Assembly (NCBI GenBank): GCA_937879955.1
Contig: CALFMK010000001.1
Span: 5,461-69,460, forward strand
Direction of reading: 5' to 3'
Source of the DNA: an uncultured bacterium
GTDB taxonomy: Bacteria > Patescibacteriota > Minisyncoccia > Phycocordibacterales > Phycocordibacteraceae
DNA length: 64,000 nt
Under the pieces are notes generated by a model. The model made no database searches and was not told where the DNA came from. It saw only the letters and a list, made by a program, of their open reading frames with translations. Both the position numbers and the translations under genes were made by a program. Numbering within the stretch: the stretch's first letter is position 1; every line of letters begins with the position of its first letter. Positions 52,098 through 61,694 of the stretch are shown one piece after another.

Positions 52098-53468
52098 CTA
52101 GAATTCGTCAGCGAGCTCGCCGTAGCCGGTCTTGTCCATCGGCATGAAGCTCGTGCGCTTCTCGTCGAAGTAGAGCTCCACCGAGCCTGTCGGGCCGTTA
52201 CGGTGCTTCTCGATGAGGATCTCGGCGATGTTCGGGCGGTCGCTGTCCTTGTTTATCTTGTCCTCGCGATGGATGAACATAACCACGTCCGCGTCCTGCT
52301 CGATCGATCCCGAGTCGCGGAGGTCGGAGAGGCGGGGCTTGCCGCCGCGCTGCTCCACGGCGCGCGAGAGCTGCGAGAGCGCGATGACAGGCACCTCGAT
52401 CTCGCGGGCGAGCTGCTTCAGGGAGCGGGAGATCTCCGTGACCTGCTGCACCATGGAATCCGACGCCTTCGTGTTGGTCGGCGCCATGAGCTGGAGGTAG
52501 TCCACGACGATGAGGCCGATGCCGCGCTCGCGCTTCAGGCGGCGCGCCACGGCGCGCATGGAAAGGATGTTCTGGGCCGGCTTGTCGTCGATGTAGATCG
52601 GCGCCTTCGAGAGGGTCTCGAGCGCGTCGCGGATCTTCGCGAAGTCGTCCTCGCTGCTGATGGCGCCCGTGCGCATCTTCCAGGAATTCACGAAGGACTC
52701 CGCGGAGAGCATGCGGTCCACGAGCTGCTCCGAGCTCATCTCGAGCGAGAAGATGCCCACCGGCGTGTCGTGCCGCACGGCGACGTTGCGCGCGATGTCG
52801 AGCGCGAACGACGTCTTACCCATGGACGGACGGGCGGCGAGGATGATGAGGTCGGACTTATGGAGTCCGGACATGAGGTTGTCGAGGTCCGGGAAGCCGG
52901 TCGGCACGCCCCGGACGGCGCCCTTGTTCTTCGAGAGCTGCTCGATGCGGTCCCAGGCGTCGTCCACCTTGTCCTTGATGGCTACGAACTTGTGAACGGC
53001 CGACGAGTTGCCGATGGCATAGATCGCTTTCTCGGCCGCGTCGAGCGCTACCGCCGTGTCCACGGAATCGTCATAGGCGGACTCGGTGATCTCGCTCGCG
53101 GTCTCGATGAGGGAGCGCATGATGTGCTTCCGGACCACGAGCTCCGCGTAGTGGTTGAAGTTGCCCGGAGTAGGCGAGGAGCCCGCGAGCTCGGCGAGGT
53201 ACGCGCGTCCGCCGGCGCGCTCGAGCAGCCCCTTCGCGTTCAGGCGCTCGCCCAAGGAGAGCATGTCGATCGGCTCGCCGCGCTCGACGAGCTCGCGCAT
53301 GGTGTCGAAGATGTGGCGGTGCTTGTCCGCGTAGAAGGACTCCGGACGGATGAGGTCCGAGACGTCGTGGATGGCGTCAGGCTTGAGCAGGAGCGAGCCC
53401 AGGAGCGCGCGTTCAGACTCGAGGCTCTGCGGAGGTACGCGGTGGGTGGGGTCGGTAGGGGTGGCCAT
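52098..53468 (-). CDS. dnaB: replicative DNA helicase DnaB
   Basis: PPQSLESERALLGSLLL, Walker A ARPSMGKTSF and the RecA-like core ...LIVVDYLQLM... Confidence 0.93.
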   Translation of the reverse strand: MATPTDPTHRVPPQSLESERALLGSLLLKPDAIHDVSDLIRPESFYADKHRHIFDTMRELVERGEPIDMLSLGERLNAKGLLERAGGRAYLAELAGSSPTPGNFNHYAELVVRKHIMRSLIETASEITESAYDDSVDTAVALDAAEKAIYAIGNSSAVHKFVAIKDKVDDAWDRIEQLSKNKGAVRGVPTGFPDLDNLMSGLHKSDLIILAARPSMGKTSFALDIARNVAVRHDTPVGIFSLEMSSEQLVDRMLSAESFVNSWKMRTGAISSEDDFAKIRDALETLSKAPIYIDDKPAQNILSMRAVARRLKRERGIGLIVVDYLQLMAPTNTKASDSMVQQVTEISRSLKQLAREIEVPVIALSQLSRAVEQRGGKPRLSDLRDSGSIEQDADVVMFIHREDKINKDSDRPNIAEILIEKHRNGPTGSVELYFDEKRTSFMPMDKTGYGELADEF

Positions 53469-53480
53469 GCCCCCATTCTA

Positions 53481-54941
53481 TCAACCGCGCCTCCTGGTGA
53501 CTACGGTCCCGGAAGGGCCGTCTTCAACATGATATCCACTCTCCTCTATGTGGATACGGAGCGCGTCTGACTTCGCGAAATCCCGGGAAATGCGCGCGAT
53601 ATCGCGCTCCTTGAGGAGCGCCTCGATATGGGCAGGGATAGCGGCCTCCTTGGCAAGGAGCGAGAGGCCGAACACGGCGTCCGCGGCCTCGATGACGGCG
53701 AGCTGCTCCTCGCGTCCCATGTCCTCGTCCTTCACGGCCTCCCAGAGGAGCGCGAGCGCGGCGGGGGTGGCGAGGTCATCCCGCAGGAGGGCGATAACGC
53801 GGCGGCTCGCGTCGGACTGCCGGGCCACGCCCTTCGCTTCCGCATGGATGGTGCGTGCGATGCGCTGCAGGCGCTCGAGCGCCGCATCCGCGGCCGCGAG
53901 CGACTCCCAGGTGAACGAGAGCGGGGAGCGGTAATGAGCCTGGAGGAACAGGTAGCGGAGCGCGAGGGGGCTGTAGCCGCGCTCGACGACGTCGGAGACG
54001 TAGTAGGTATTCCCGAGGGACTTCGCGATCTTCTCGCCGTCTATCGTGAGGAACCCGCCGTGCATCCAGAAGCGCGCGAGCGGCTTGTCGAAGGCGGCCT
54101 CGGACTGCGCGATCTCGTTGGTGTGATGGACCGGGATGTGATCGATGCCGCCGGTATGGATGTCGAGCGGCTGGCCGAGGAGGCTGCGTGCCATCGCGGA
54201 GCACTCGATGTGCCAGCCCGGGAACCCGACGCCCCACGGACTCTTCCATTCCTGTTCGCGCCGCGCGCCGCGGGGCGAGAACTTCCAGAGCGCGAAGTCC
54301 GCAGGATGCCTCTTCTCGTCGTTGCCGGCGATGCGGCGGCCGATCTCCGCGAACGCCTCTTCGCGCATCTTCGCGCCCGAGTGGTCCAGCACGCCGTAGG
54401 CAGGGAACTGCTTCGTATCGAAATAGATGCCGTCGGAGGTGCGATAGGTATAGCCGCGCTGCTCGAGCCGCTTCACGATGTCGATCTGCTCCTCGATGTA
54501 GTCGGTGGCCTTCGGGAAGCTGATGTCGTCGACGTCCACGCCGAGCATGCGGACGTCGTCGAGGTACATCTTCGTGTAGCGCGCGGCGATGTCCTGCGCG
54601 CGGAGCCCCTCCTTCTTCGCGCCCATCTCCATCTTGTCCTCGCCGTCGTCCGCGTCCGAAACGAGGTGGCCGACGTCCGTGATGTTTATCACGCGGCGCA
54701 CGTGATAGTCCGCGCTCTTGAGCGTGCGGGCGAGGAGGTCGGAGAACACGACGGCCCGCATGTTCCCGATGTGCTGCTTGCTGTAGACGGTGGGTCCGCA
54801 GGAGTAGAGCGTCACGGACCCGGCGCGTATCGGGGAGAAGATCTCCTTCTTCCCGGAAAGGGTATTCGTGAGGAGGACGGGCGCGTCGCTCCGGGCAGGC
54901 TCGCTCGCACGAGGACGGAAGAGGGAGGCGAGCCAGTTCAT
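53481..54941 (-). CDS. cysS: cysteinyl-tRNA synthetase
   Basis: CGPTVYSKQHIGNMR (HIGH-type), WHIECSAM, and the KMSKS-equivalent GEKIAKSLGN. Confidence 0.93.
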   Translation of the reverse strand: MNWLASLFRPRASEPARSDAPVLLTNTLSGKKEIFSPIRAGSVTLYSCGPTVYSKQHIGNMRAVVFSDLLARTLKSADYHVRRVINITDVGHLVSDADDGEDKMEMGAKKEGLRAQDIAARYTKMYLDDVRMLGVDVDDISFPKATDYIEEQIDIVKRLEQRGYTYRTSDGIYFDTKQFPAYGVLDHSGAKMREEAFAEIGRRIAGNDEKRHPADFALWKFSPRGARREQEWKSPWGVGFPGWHIECSAMARSLLGQPLDIHTGGIDHIPVHHTNEIAQSEAAFDKPLARFWMHGGFLTIDGEKIAKSLGNTYYVSDVVERGYSPLALRYLFLQAHYRSPLSFTWESLAAADAALERLQRIARTIHAEAKGVARQSDASRRVIALLRDDLATPAALALLWEAVKDEDMGREEQLAVIEAADAVFGLSLLAKEAAIPAHIEALLKERDIARISRDFAKSDALRIHIEESGYHVEDGPSGTVVTRRRG

Positions 54942-55043
54942 GCCCGTATTCTACCCTAGAGTCCCTGGCGTTTGACAGGCCTCCTTGGCAGGAGCACTCT
55001 ACGGAAAGCACCTTGTCCTTACGTAGTTTCTGAGGAGGTAGAG

Positions 55044-55589
55044 ATGAATACGCTTGTCGAAGAGCGGCCCGTCGCGGCCGCCGAGCCCATCCAGGTCCTC
55101 GAGCGCGTCGGTCCGGTCGTCACGCTCCCTGAGGTCCAGAACTCTCACATGTCCGGCCTCTTCTCCGTGAGCGGCGTCGAGCCCGTCCCGTTCTCTGAGA
55201 TCTGCAAGGCGTTCAAGAGGTTGATGCCGAGCCAGTCGAGCGCCCCGTCGATAACGGTCAGCGCGCGGCGCCTCACCGGCGGGTGGACCGACGAGGAGGT
55301 CATCGCGGCGCTCAGGAGCGCAGGCTCCTCGCCGTATGTCGCGCTGATTCACGTGTACGAGTACCTGAAGCATGCCGAGCGCCGGCCGGCCGATCTCGAG
55401 GTCGACCGCCGTCCCCACTGGCATATCTTCTACTACAGGACGGACCATCCTGACCCGAAGAAACGGGAAGACTGGGTGATCCGCGCGCTCTGGCAGGAAG
55501 GCGGCTGGTCCATGGCCGCGGGCCGTACGGACGCGGAGAGGCCCTGGGACGAGGACGAGGAGATACTCGTCATCGCTCCTGACTCCTGA
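55044..55589 (+). CDS. hypothetical protein
   Basis: Start at the ATG at 55044 with SD GAGGAGG. 181 aa. No motif recognised. Confidence 0.55.
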   Translation: MNTLVEERPVAAAEPIQVLERVGPVVTLPEVQNSHMSGLFSVSGVEPVPFSEICKAFKRLMPSQSSAPSITVSARRLTGGWTDEEVIAALRSAGSSPYVALIHVYEYLKHAERRPADLEVDRRPHWHIFYYRTDHPDPKKREDWVIRALWQEGGWSMAAGRTDAERPWDEDEEILVIAPDS

Positions 55590-55645
55590 ACGAAAGAAGG
55601 CCCGCATCTCTCCGGAGAGATGCGGGCCTTTTCCTTATTCTTTAG

Positions 55646-56563
55646 CTACAGCCACTTCTTCAGCTTGAAGAACGCGAGGAGCGCGAGGCCCGTGAGCGTC
55701 ATGATGCCGAGGATGATCCAGAAGCCGTTCTGTCCGTGCACGACAGGCATGTACTCCGCGTTCATGCCGAATACGGACGCGATGAGGGTGAGCGGCACCC
55801 CGACGAACGCCATCACCGTGAGGGTCTTGGTCACCTGGTTCTGGCTCGCCGAGAGGAGGGAGTCGTTGGTGATGCGGAGCTCCTGCGCCACGGCGCGATA
55901 CGAGGACACGAGCCCTGCGGCGTGGGTGCGCCTCGCCTCGATATGCGCGGCATGCTCCTCGAAGGCGGTGCCGAAGAAGACCGGCGTTGAGAGCGCCGCG
56001 AGGAAGTCCGCGAGCGGCTCCTTGTGACGCGAGAGGGAGGTCTCGAACCGCAGGAGGATGCGGCCGGTCTCGGAGATCGGACGGACCGTCTCCTGTTCCT
56101 TGCCGGAGAAGATGTCGCGCTCGATGCGCTCGAGCCGGTATCCGGCCTGCTCGATGTCCTCGCTGATGGAGGCGTAGAGGCGGCTCATGACGCGCTCGAG
56201 CAGCTCGCCGGTGCGCAGCAGGCCGCCGCGCAGCTCGAGCATCTCCTCGGCCTCGAGCACCTTATGCAGGTTATGGAGCGACTCGATGCTCTCGTACCTG
56301 GCGGTTATGAGGAAGTGCTTGCCGACGATGAAGTCGATCTCCTGGGAGCGGGTGCCGTCCTCGGAGCCCGCGATCGGGAAGTGCAGGATGAGATAGGTGT
56401 AGCCCGGGAAGGAGATGGAGAGCGGGTAGGCGGTCGGCGTCGAGATCTCCTGGTGGATGCGCTCGTCGATGTCGAACTCCCGCATCACCTCGCTCACTTC
56501 CTCGTCGGTCGGGCACTCAAGGTCGACCCAGACGGTCTTGCCGCGCGTATGCCTGGTTATCAT
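55646..56563 (-). CDS. corA: CorA-family magnesium/cobalt transporter
   Basis: C-terminal two TM helices with the GMN motif (ASVFGMNAEYMP). Confidence 0.88.
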   Translation of the reverse strand: MITRHTRGKTVWVDLECPTDEEVSEVMREFDIDERIHQEISTPTAYPLSISFPGYTYLILHFPIAGSEDGTRSQEIDFIVGKHFLITARYESIESLHNLHKVLEAEEMLELRGGLLRTGELLERVMSRLYASISEDIEQAGYRLERIERDIFSGKEQETVRPISETGRILLRFETSLSRHKEPLADFLAALSTPVFFGTAFEEHAAHIEARRTHAAGLVSSYRAVAQELRITNDSLLSASQNQVTKTLTVMAFVGVPLTLIASVFGMNAEYMPVVHGQNGFWIILGIMTLTGLALLAFFKLKKWL

Positions 56564-56650
56564 GCCAGTAAGTATACGCGCTCCGCGTACGTCTTAAGCG
56601 GCATAGCCTCTCGCATCAGTGGATATGCGCGGCATGATAGAATTTCTCCC

Positions 56651-57922
56651 ATGAACCCATTCGAAGAATCCGAGGCGCCGATCCGCTCCTCCAGCCCGTT
56701 ACCGAAGATCGCGAAGCTCGGCATCGCGTCCGCGCTCATGCTCGCCGTCGGATTCATCGGCGGCATCTCGGTAGGCGCCGCGAACGCGAGCAACCTGATC
56801 GCGAACGTGCCGCTGCTCGGCGACGGGCTCGACGCGACCCCGGACGCCGATGCCGACCTCACGGACTTCTGGAAGGCATGGAACACGCTCGACTCGCGGT
56901 TCGTCGAGACGCACTCGACCTCGAGCCTTCCGACATCGGAGAACAAGATCTGGGGCGCTATCCAGGGTCTCGCCGCATCGTACGGCGACCCGTACACGAT
57001 ATTCATGCCGCCGTCGGAAGCGAAGCAGTTCCAGGACGATATCCGGGGCGACTTCTCGGGCGTAGGCATGGAGCTCGGCGTGAAGGACGGCGTCCTCACC
57101 GTCATCGCACCCTTGAAGGGTACGCCGGCAGAGCGCGCAGGCCTCCGCTCCGGCGACATGATCATCGCGATCGACAAGGCCTCCACCGACGGCCTCTCGA
57201 CCGACGAGGCGGTGAAGCTCATCCGCGGCGAGAAGGGCACGACCGTCACCTTCACCATCATCCGGGACGGCAAGTCGTCCGAGATACCTGTCGTGCGCGA
57301 CACCATCGTCGTGCCGACCATCGAGACGGAGACCAAGGACGGCGTGTTCGTCATCTCCTTCTACAGCTTCACGGCTAACTCGAGCCAGCTCTTCGCGAAG
57401 GCTATCGCCGAGTTCCGCGCTTCCGGCTCTAAGAAGCTCGTCATCGACCTGCGCAGCAATCCGGGCGGCTACCTCGAGTCCGCGGTGGCTATAGCGGGCC
57501 ACTTCCTCCCGAAGGGAGCTAGCGTCGTCACCGAGGACTATAAGGGGAAGGGGAATCAGGAGAACGTCGTGCATCGCAGCCGCGGCATCGGCGGCTTGCC
57601 TGAGGGCGCGAAGGTCGCGATCCTCATCGATCAGGGCTCCGCGTCAGCGTCCGAGATCCTCGCGGGAGCGCTGCAGGACGCGCACGTAGCGACGCTCATC
57701 GGCACTCGCTCGTTCGGAAAGGGCTCGGTCCAGGAGCTCGTCGATATCAACGGCGGCGCGCTCAAGGTCACGATCGCGCGCTGGCTCACCCCGAGCGGCC
57801 GTTCCATCTCCGACGGCGGCCTCACGCCTGACATCGAGGTCGAGTACACCGCGAAGGACCGCGATGCGGACGCCGATCCGCAGATGGACCGCGCGATACG
57901 GTTCCTGAACACGGGGAAGTAG
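56651..57922 (+). CDS. carboxy-terminal processing protease (S41)
   Basis: N-terminal TM, PDZ (GTPAERAGLRSGDMIIAID), S41 core (DLRSNPGGYL, GSASASEILAGAL, GKGSVQ). Start at the ATG at 56651, 7 nt after TAGAAT. The upstream part of the track ORF is antisense to corA. Confidence 0.88.
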   Translation: MNPFEESEAPIRSSSPLPKIAKLGIASALMLAVGFIGGISVGAANASNLIANVPLLGDGLDATPDADADLTDFWKAWNTLDSRFVETHSTSSLPTSENKIWGAIQGLAASYGDPYTIFMPPSEAKQFQDDIRGDFSGVGMELGVKDGVLTVIAPLKGTPAERAGLRSGDMIIAIDKASTDGLSTDEAVKLIRGEKGTTVTFTIIRDGKSSEIPVVRDTIVVPTIETETKDGVFVISFYSFTANSSQLFAKAIAEFRASGSKKLVIDLRSNPGGYLESAVAIAGHFLPKGASVVTEDYKGKGNQENVVHRSRGIGGLPEGAKVAILIDQGSASASEILAGALQDAHVATLIGTRSFGKGSVQELVDINGGALKVTIARWLTPSGRSISDGGLTPDIEVEYTAKDRDADADPQMDRAIRFLNTGK

Positions 57923-57938
57923 GTTCTGCATCGCAGTA

Positions 57939-57962
57939 ACAGCCCCGCATACGCGGGGCTGT
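57939..57962 (+). terminator. hairpin after the S41 protease gene
   Basis: ACAGCCCCGC-ATAC-GCGGGGCTGT. Confidence 0.5.
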
Positions 57963-58052
57963 TCTATTGACGTTATCTAGATATAGAGGTATAACCATCC
58001 CAGACGTTCTCTCCATGAATGGTCATGAGAGACAGATCGATGGGAGGAATAC

Positions 58053-58412
58053 ATGCTCCGTTCGCTTCAAGACCTGGAAACCGGGATCATCATCCCCGAT
58101 ACGGTCGCGTACCACGTCCGCGCGTTCGACATCGTCGGCCGCTGGACGGGCCGCGACATCGACGGCGCGATGCACGCCCGGTCCCTGATTCGGATCACGG
58201 ATCCGGACATCATCGCGCTGATCCGCGACGACGACCTGCTCGATCGCAGCGGCATGCCGAACCTGATCCCGCAGGACGATATCCTGGCCCTGAGCCTGGT
58301 CTACTCGCGCAACGACCGCGGCATCACGACCGATCGCGCGAGCATGACCTCGCGGATCCCGTGGACGGGCGGCCGCCTGTTCGTGCTCGCCGCCGGCGCC
58401 TGTCCGAACTGA
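58053..58412 (+). CDS. hypothetical protein
   Basis: TTGACG-N16-GTATAA promoter-like boxes and SD GGGAGGAA. 119 aa. Confidence 0.5.
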   Translation: MLRSLQDLETGIIIPDTVAYHVRAFDIVGRWTGRDIDGAMHARSLIRITDPDIIALIRDDDLLDRSGMPNLIPQDDILALSLVYSRNDRGITTDRASMTSRIPWTGGRLFVLAAGACPN

Positions 58413-58508
58413 CGGCGTCCTGACCCGCATACAAACCCCGGCTACCAAGGTAGCCGGGGTTTTCTCTGTCGTTGCGCGGCCCTATCTTTGCCGGTAGGAT
58501 GGTCCTAT

Positions 58509-58934
58509 ATGAAAGTCGTACTACTCAAAGACGTGAAGAATACGGGCCGTGCGGGAGCGGTCATCGAGTGCTCTGACGGGCACGCGCAGAACTTCCTCAT
58601 ACCGCGCGGCATGGCCGCGCTCGCGACGCCCGCGAACCTCAAGCAGGCCGAGCTCCGCCTCAAGCAGGAAGGCGAGCGCAAGGCGCTCGACGTGAAGCTC
58701 ATCCAGGACCGCCTCGCCGCGCTCGCGGAGGAGCGCATCGTCATCCTGAAGAAGACGAACGAGAAGGGTCACCTCTACGACGCGGTCGACGCGGCGGATA
58801 TCGCGAAGGCGACGCAGCTTCCGGTAGAGGCCATCAAGCTCGAGAAGCCGTTCAAGGAGGTCGGCACGTTCGACGTCCCGGTAGCGCTCGGAGAGAGTTT
58901 CGGGAAGCTCTCCATCACGGTCGAGGCCGAGTAA
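58509..58934 (+). CDS. rplI: 50S ribosomal protein L9
   Basis: MKVVLLKDVKNTGRAGAVIECSDGHAQNFLIPRGMA. Start at the ATG at 58509, 9 nt after TAGGAT. Confidence 0.92.
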   Translation: MKVVLLKDVKNTGRAGAVIECSDGHAQNFLIPRGMAALATPANLKQAELRLKQEGERKALDVKLIQDRLAALAEERIVILKKTNEKGHLYDAVDAADIAKATQLPVEAIKLEKPFKEVGTFDVPVALGESFGKLSITVEAE

Positions 58935-58996
58935 GAGAAGGGAGATAAAAGATAACGGCGTCCCATGCGGGACGCCGTTCTTTTGTGCCTGCGCGG

Positions 58997-59419
58997 CTAC
59001 CGCCTGCGGCCCATCCTTCCGGCGACGAAGCCGAGAAGCAGGGAGAGCAGGATGACGAACGCGCACCAGCCAACCCACCCGAGATTGTAGTGCCGCTTGA
59101 AGTAGTTCGTGTCGCCGACCCGCAGCTTCAGCTGGTCGACCTCGGCGCTCAGTGCGCTGATCCGGGCCTTCTGGTCCCTGATCATCGCATCCTTCGCGTC
59201 CATGGCCGACTTCGCCTTGTCGGCTTTCGCGCAGATGCTCTGCGCGCTTTCGCCGGGCCTGACGAAGTACTCGGCGTTCTCGAACAGGATCGCCGTGTTC
59301 GCGACGAGTCCCGTCGGCGAGAGCCCCTGCGCGGCGAACCGTTCCTCGCAGGTCTTCGCATTCGCGGCGGATGCCGCGAATGCCATGATCGCTACTGCGA
59401 CCACCATCCTGTACTTCAT
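58997..59419 (-). CDS. secreted coiled-coil protein with C-terminal membrane anchor
   Basis: Signal peptide MKYRMVVAVAIMAFAASAANA, coiled coil (ARISALSAEVDQLKLR), C-terminal TM WVGWCAFVILLSLLLGFVAG. SD GGGAGGGG and a TTGAAC-N16-CATAAT promoter. Confidence 0.55.
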   Translation of the reverse strand: MKYRMVVAVAIMAFAASAANAKTCEERFAAQGLSPTGLVANTAILFENAEYFVRPGESAQSICAKADKAKSAMDAKDAMIRDQKARISALSAEVDQLKLRVGDTNYFKRHYNLGWVGWCAFVILLSLLLGFVAGRMGRRR

Positions 59420-59518
59420 GGAACCCCTCCCTAGAGAAAACAATGATCCGGTGCAGCCGGATGTCTGGGAGCATTATGCATTAAAATTCAATATGTTCAA
59501 TGCTTGGCATAGAAAGAG

Positions 59519-59544
59519 AAAAACCGCCCAGAGAGGCGGTTTTT
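59519..59544. terminator. bidirectional terminator downstream of rpmA
   Basis: AAAAACCGCC-CAGAGA-GGCGGTTTTT. Confidence 0.7.
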
Positions 59545-59558
59545 CGGAGGAGGATGGC

Positions 59559-59837
59559 TTATGCCGGCACGACGTCCACGACCTTCTTCTGGACGACGCG
59601 TCCGTCGAAGTTGGTCTTGCGGCGGCTGCGAAAGAGGACCTTGCCCGCGATCATCGAGTAGAGGGTGTGGTCATGGCCGACCTTCACGTTGTGGCCTGCC
59701 TCGATCTTGGTGCCGCGCTGGCGCACGATAACCATGCCCGGGCGCGCTGCCTGGCCGTCATAGAGCTTAACGCCCAGGAACTTTGGTCCTGAGTCGCGCC
59801 CGTTCTTAGTCGATCCTCCGGCTTTTGTGTGTGCCAT
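59559..59837 (-). CDS. rpmA: 50S ribosomal protein L27
   Basis: [24 protein letters not shown]...RQRGTK...G.D.TL. Confidence 0.93.
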   Translation of the reverse strand: MAHTKAGGSTKNGRDSGPKFLGVKLYDGQAARPGMVIVRQRGTKIEAGHNVKVGHDHTLYSMIAGKVLFRSRRKTNFDGRVVQKKVVDVVPA

Positions 59838-59860
59838 ACTGCTATACTTTTTAGGTTGCT

Positions 59861-60289
59861 ATGACTATATCAGAGGAGCAGGTACAGGGCAAGGCGTATA
59901 TAGGCCGTATACCCCCGGATATCCTCATCCTCCTGGTGCTCGTGCTCTCCTCGACCCTGGCGTTCGGGCTCGGGATCCTGGCAGGGAAGGATATGGCAAA
60001 GACGGACGGGAAGGACGGATTCTGGATAGAACAGCTCCCGGAACAGCCCGGAAGTGCTGCGGGAGGGCCTGCCGCGGCCATCGAGGCCGTTACGCCCGCG
60101 AAGGCTGCCGAGCCGGCACCGGCTCCTGGGCCCCAGGTCTACATGGCCTCGAAGAACGGCACTAAGTACTACCTGCCGTCCTGCGGGTCCGCGAAGCGCA
60201 TTAAGGAGGAGAACCGGATCTGGTTCGCTACCAAGGACGAGGCGGAGGCGGCAGGGTACGGCCCGGCGGCGAACTGCCCGGGGCTCTAG
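59861..60289 (+). CDS. membrane-anchored protein with small C-terminal Cys-containing domain
   Basis: TM ILILLVLVLSSTLAFGLGILAG, a Pro/Ala linker, then YMASKNGTKYYLPSCGSAKRIKEENRIWFATKDEAEAAGYGPAANC. This resembles the small metal-binding module often found at the C-terminus of CPR ComEA-like proteins. Confidence 0.6.
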   Translation: MTISEEQVQGKAYIGRIPPDILILLVLVLSSTLAFGLGILAGKDMAKTDGKDGFWIEQLPEQPGSAAGGPAAAIEAVTPAKAAEPAPAPGPQVYMASKNGTKYYLPSCGSAKRIKEENRIWFATKDEAEAAGYGPAANCPGL

Positions 60290-60303
60290 GGTAGAATAGG
60301 CGC

Positions 60304-60909
60304 ATGATAGTCCTCGACGTCGAAGGGACCGGGCTCGACCCGCAGAAGCATTCCATCGTATCCATCGGCGCGCTCGACCTCGACGATCCCACGAACCAGT
60401 TCTACGAGGAGTGCCAGGTGTGGGACGGCGCGGAGATCGAGGATGCGGCGCTCATGGTTAACGGCTTTGCGCGCGAGGAGATAACCGGACAGGGAACCCG
60501 AAAGCAGACCGAGGCTGAGCTCATCGCGTCCTTCGTCACGTGGGCCATGGATCGCCCGAAGGACCGCACGCTCGCGGCGCAGAACGTCACGTTCGACCGG
60601 TTGTTCGTCGAGGCGGCGTGCAGGCGCGCCGGGATCGAGTGCCCGTTCGCGCACCGGACGCTCGACGTGCACAGCCTCGTGTGGCTGCACATGGTCTCGA
60701 ACGGGAAGGTGCCGCCGACGAAGAACGCGCACTCGGGCATCGATCTCGGGTTCGCGCTCAACTACGCCGGGCTCCCTGAAGAGCCCCGGCCGCACAATGC
60801 ACTCACAGGCGCCTTCTGCCATGCCGAAGTGATATCGCGCATAGCGTATACTAAGAAACTACTACCAGACTTCAGCGACTTCGACATTCCATGGGAGACG
60901 AACCGATAA
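60304..60909 (+). CDS. DEDD-family 3'-5' exonuclease (DnaQ-like)
   Basis: Exo I VLDVEGTGL, Exo II AQNVTFDRLF, Exo III PHNALTGAFCHAE. TAGAAT lies 6 nt upstream of the ATG. Confidence 0.8.
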   Translation: MIVLDVEGTGLDPQKHSIVSIGALDLDDPTNQFYEECQVWDGAEIEDAALMVNGFAREEITGQGTRKQTEAELIASFVTWAMDRPKDRTLAAQNVTFDRLFVEAACRRAGIECPFAHRTLDVHSLVWLHMVSNGKVPPTKNAHSGIDLGFALNYAGLPEEPRPHNALTGAFCHAEVISRIAYTKKLLPDFSDFDIPWETNR

Positions 60910-61685
60910 TCACGACGCCGACGACGAGCCTCTATACCCCTGACGAAGGGGAGCCGAAGGCCGAGCGCAACCGCGAGATGGGCAACGTGCTCACGCGCGC
61001 CATCGAGGAAGGGAAGCATGTGGTCCCGGAGAATCCGGCGCCCTTGGTGTGCAAGCCGGCGCAGCTCGAGAGCTGGCGGGTGTTCAAGATCATGGCAGAG
61101 TTCGTGGACGGCTTCGAGATCCTCAAGAAGTACGGACTCGCCGCGACCTTCTTCGGCAGCGTCCGCCTCACGCCCGAGGACCGCTACTACCAGGAAGCAT
61201 CCGCGCTCGCGGGCCTCATGGCGAAGGCAGGCTACGCGATCATCACGGGCGGGTCGGCCGGCATCATGGAGGCGGGGAACAAGGGCGCGCACGACGCGGG
61301 CGGCTCCTCGGTCGGCCTCAACATCCGTCTCTCGGACAGCCAGGCGTACAACGGCTACCTCACCGATTCCTTCACCTTCGACCACTTCTTCGTGCGCAAG
61401 GTGATGCTCGCGTTCGCGTCCGAGGTATACGTGTACTTCCCGGGTGGCTTCGGTACGCTCGACGAGTTCTCGGAGATCGTCACGCTCGTACAGACGAAGA
61501 AGATAAAGCCGGTGCCGATCGTCCTCTACGGGAAGGAGTTCTGGGACCCGATCGTCGAGCTCTTCAAGACGCATCTCCTCGGGAAGTACAAGACCATCAG
61601 CGAGGAGGACATGGACCTCTTCCATGTCGTGGACTCGGTGGACGAGGCGTTCGCGTATATCCAGAAGAACGTCACGGCCTGCTAG
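60891..61685 (+). CDS. LOG-family (TIGR00730) nucleotide phosphoribohydrolase-like protein
   Basis: ITGGSAGIMEAGNKGA and YFPGGFGTLDEF motifs. Confidence 0.85.
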   Translation: MGDEPIITTPTTSLYTPDEGEPKAERNREMGNVLTRAIEEGKHVVPENPAPLVCKPAQLESWRVFKIMAEFVDGFEILKKYGLAATFFGSVRLTPEDRYYQEASALAGLMAKAGYAIITGGSAGIMEAGNKGAHDAGGSSVGLNIRLSDSQAYNGYLTDSFTFDHFFVRKVMLAFASEVYVYFPGGFGTLDEFSEIVTLVQTKKIKPVPIVLYGKEFWDPIVELFKTHLLGKYKTISEEDMDLFHVVDSVDEAFAYIQKNVTAC

Positions 61686-61694
61686 CGCATCACC

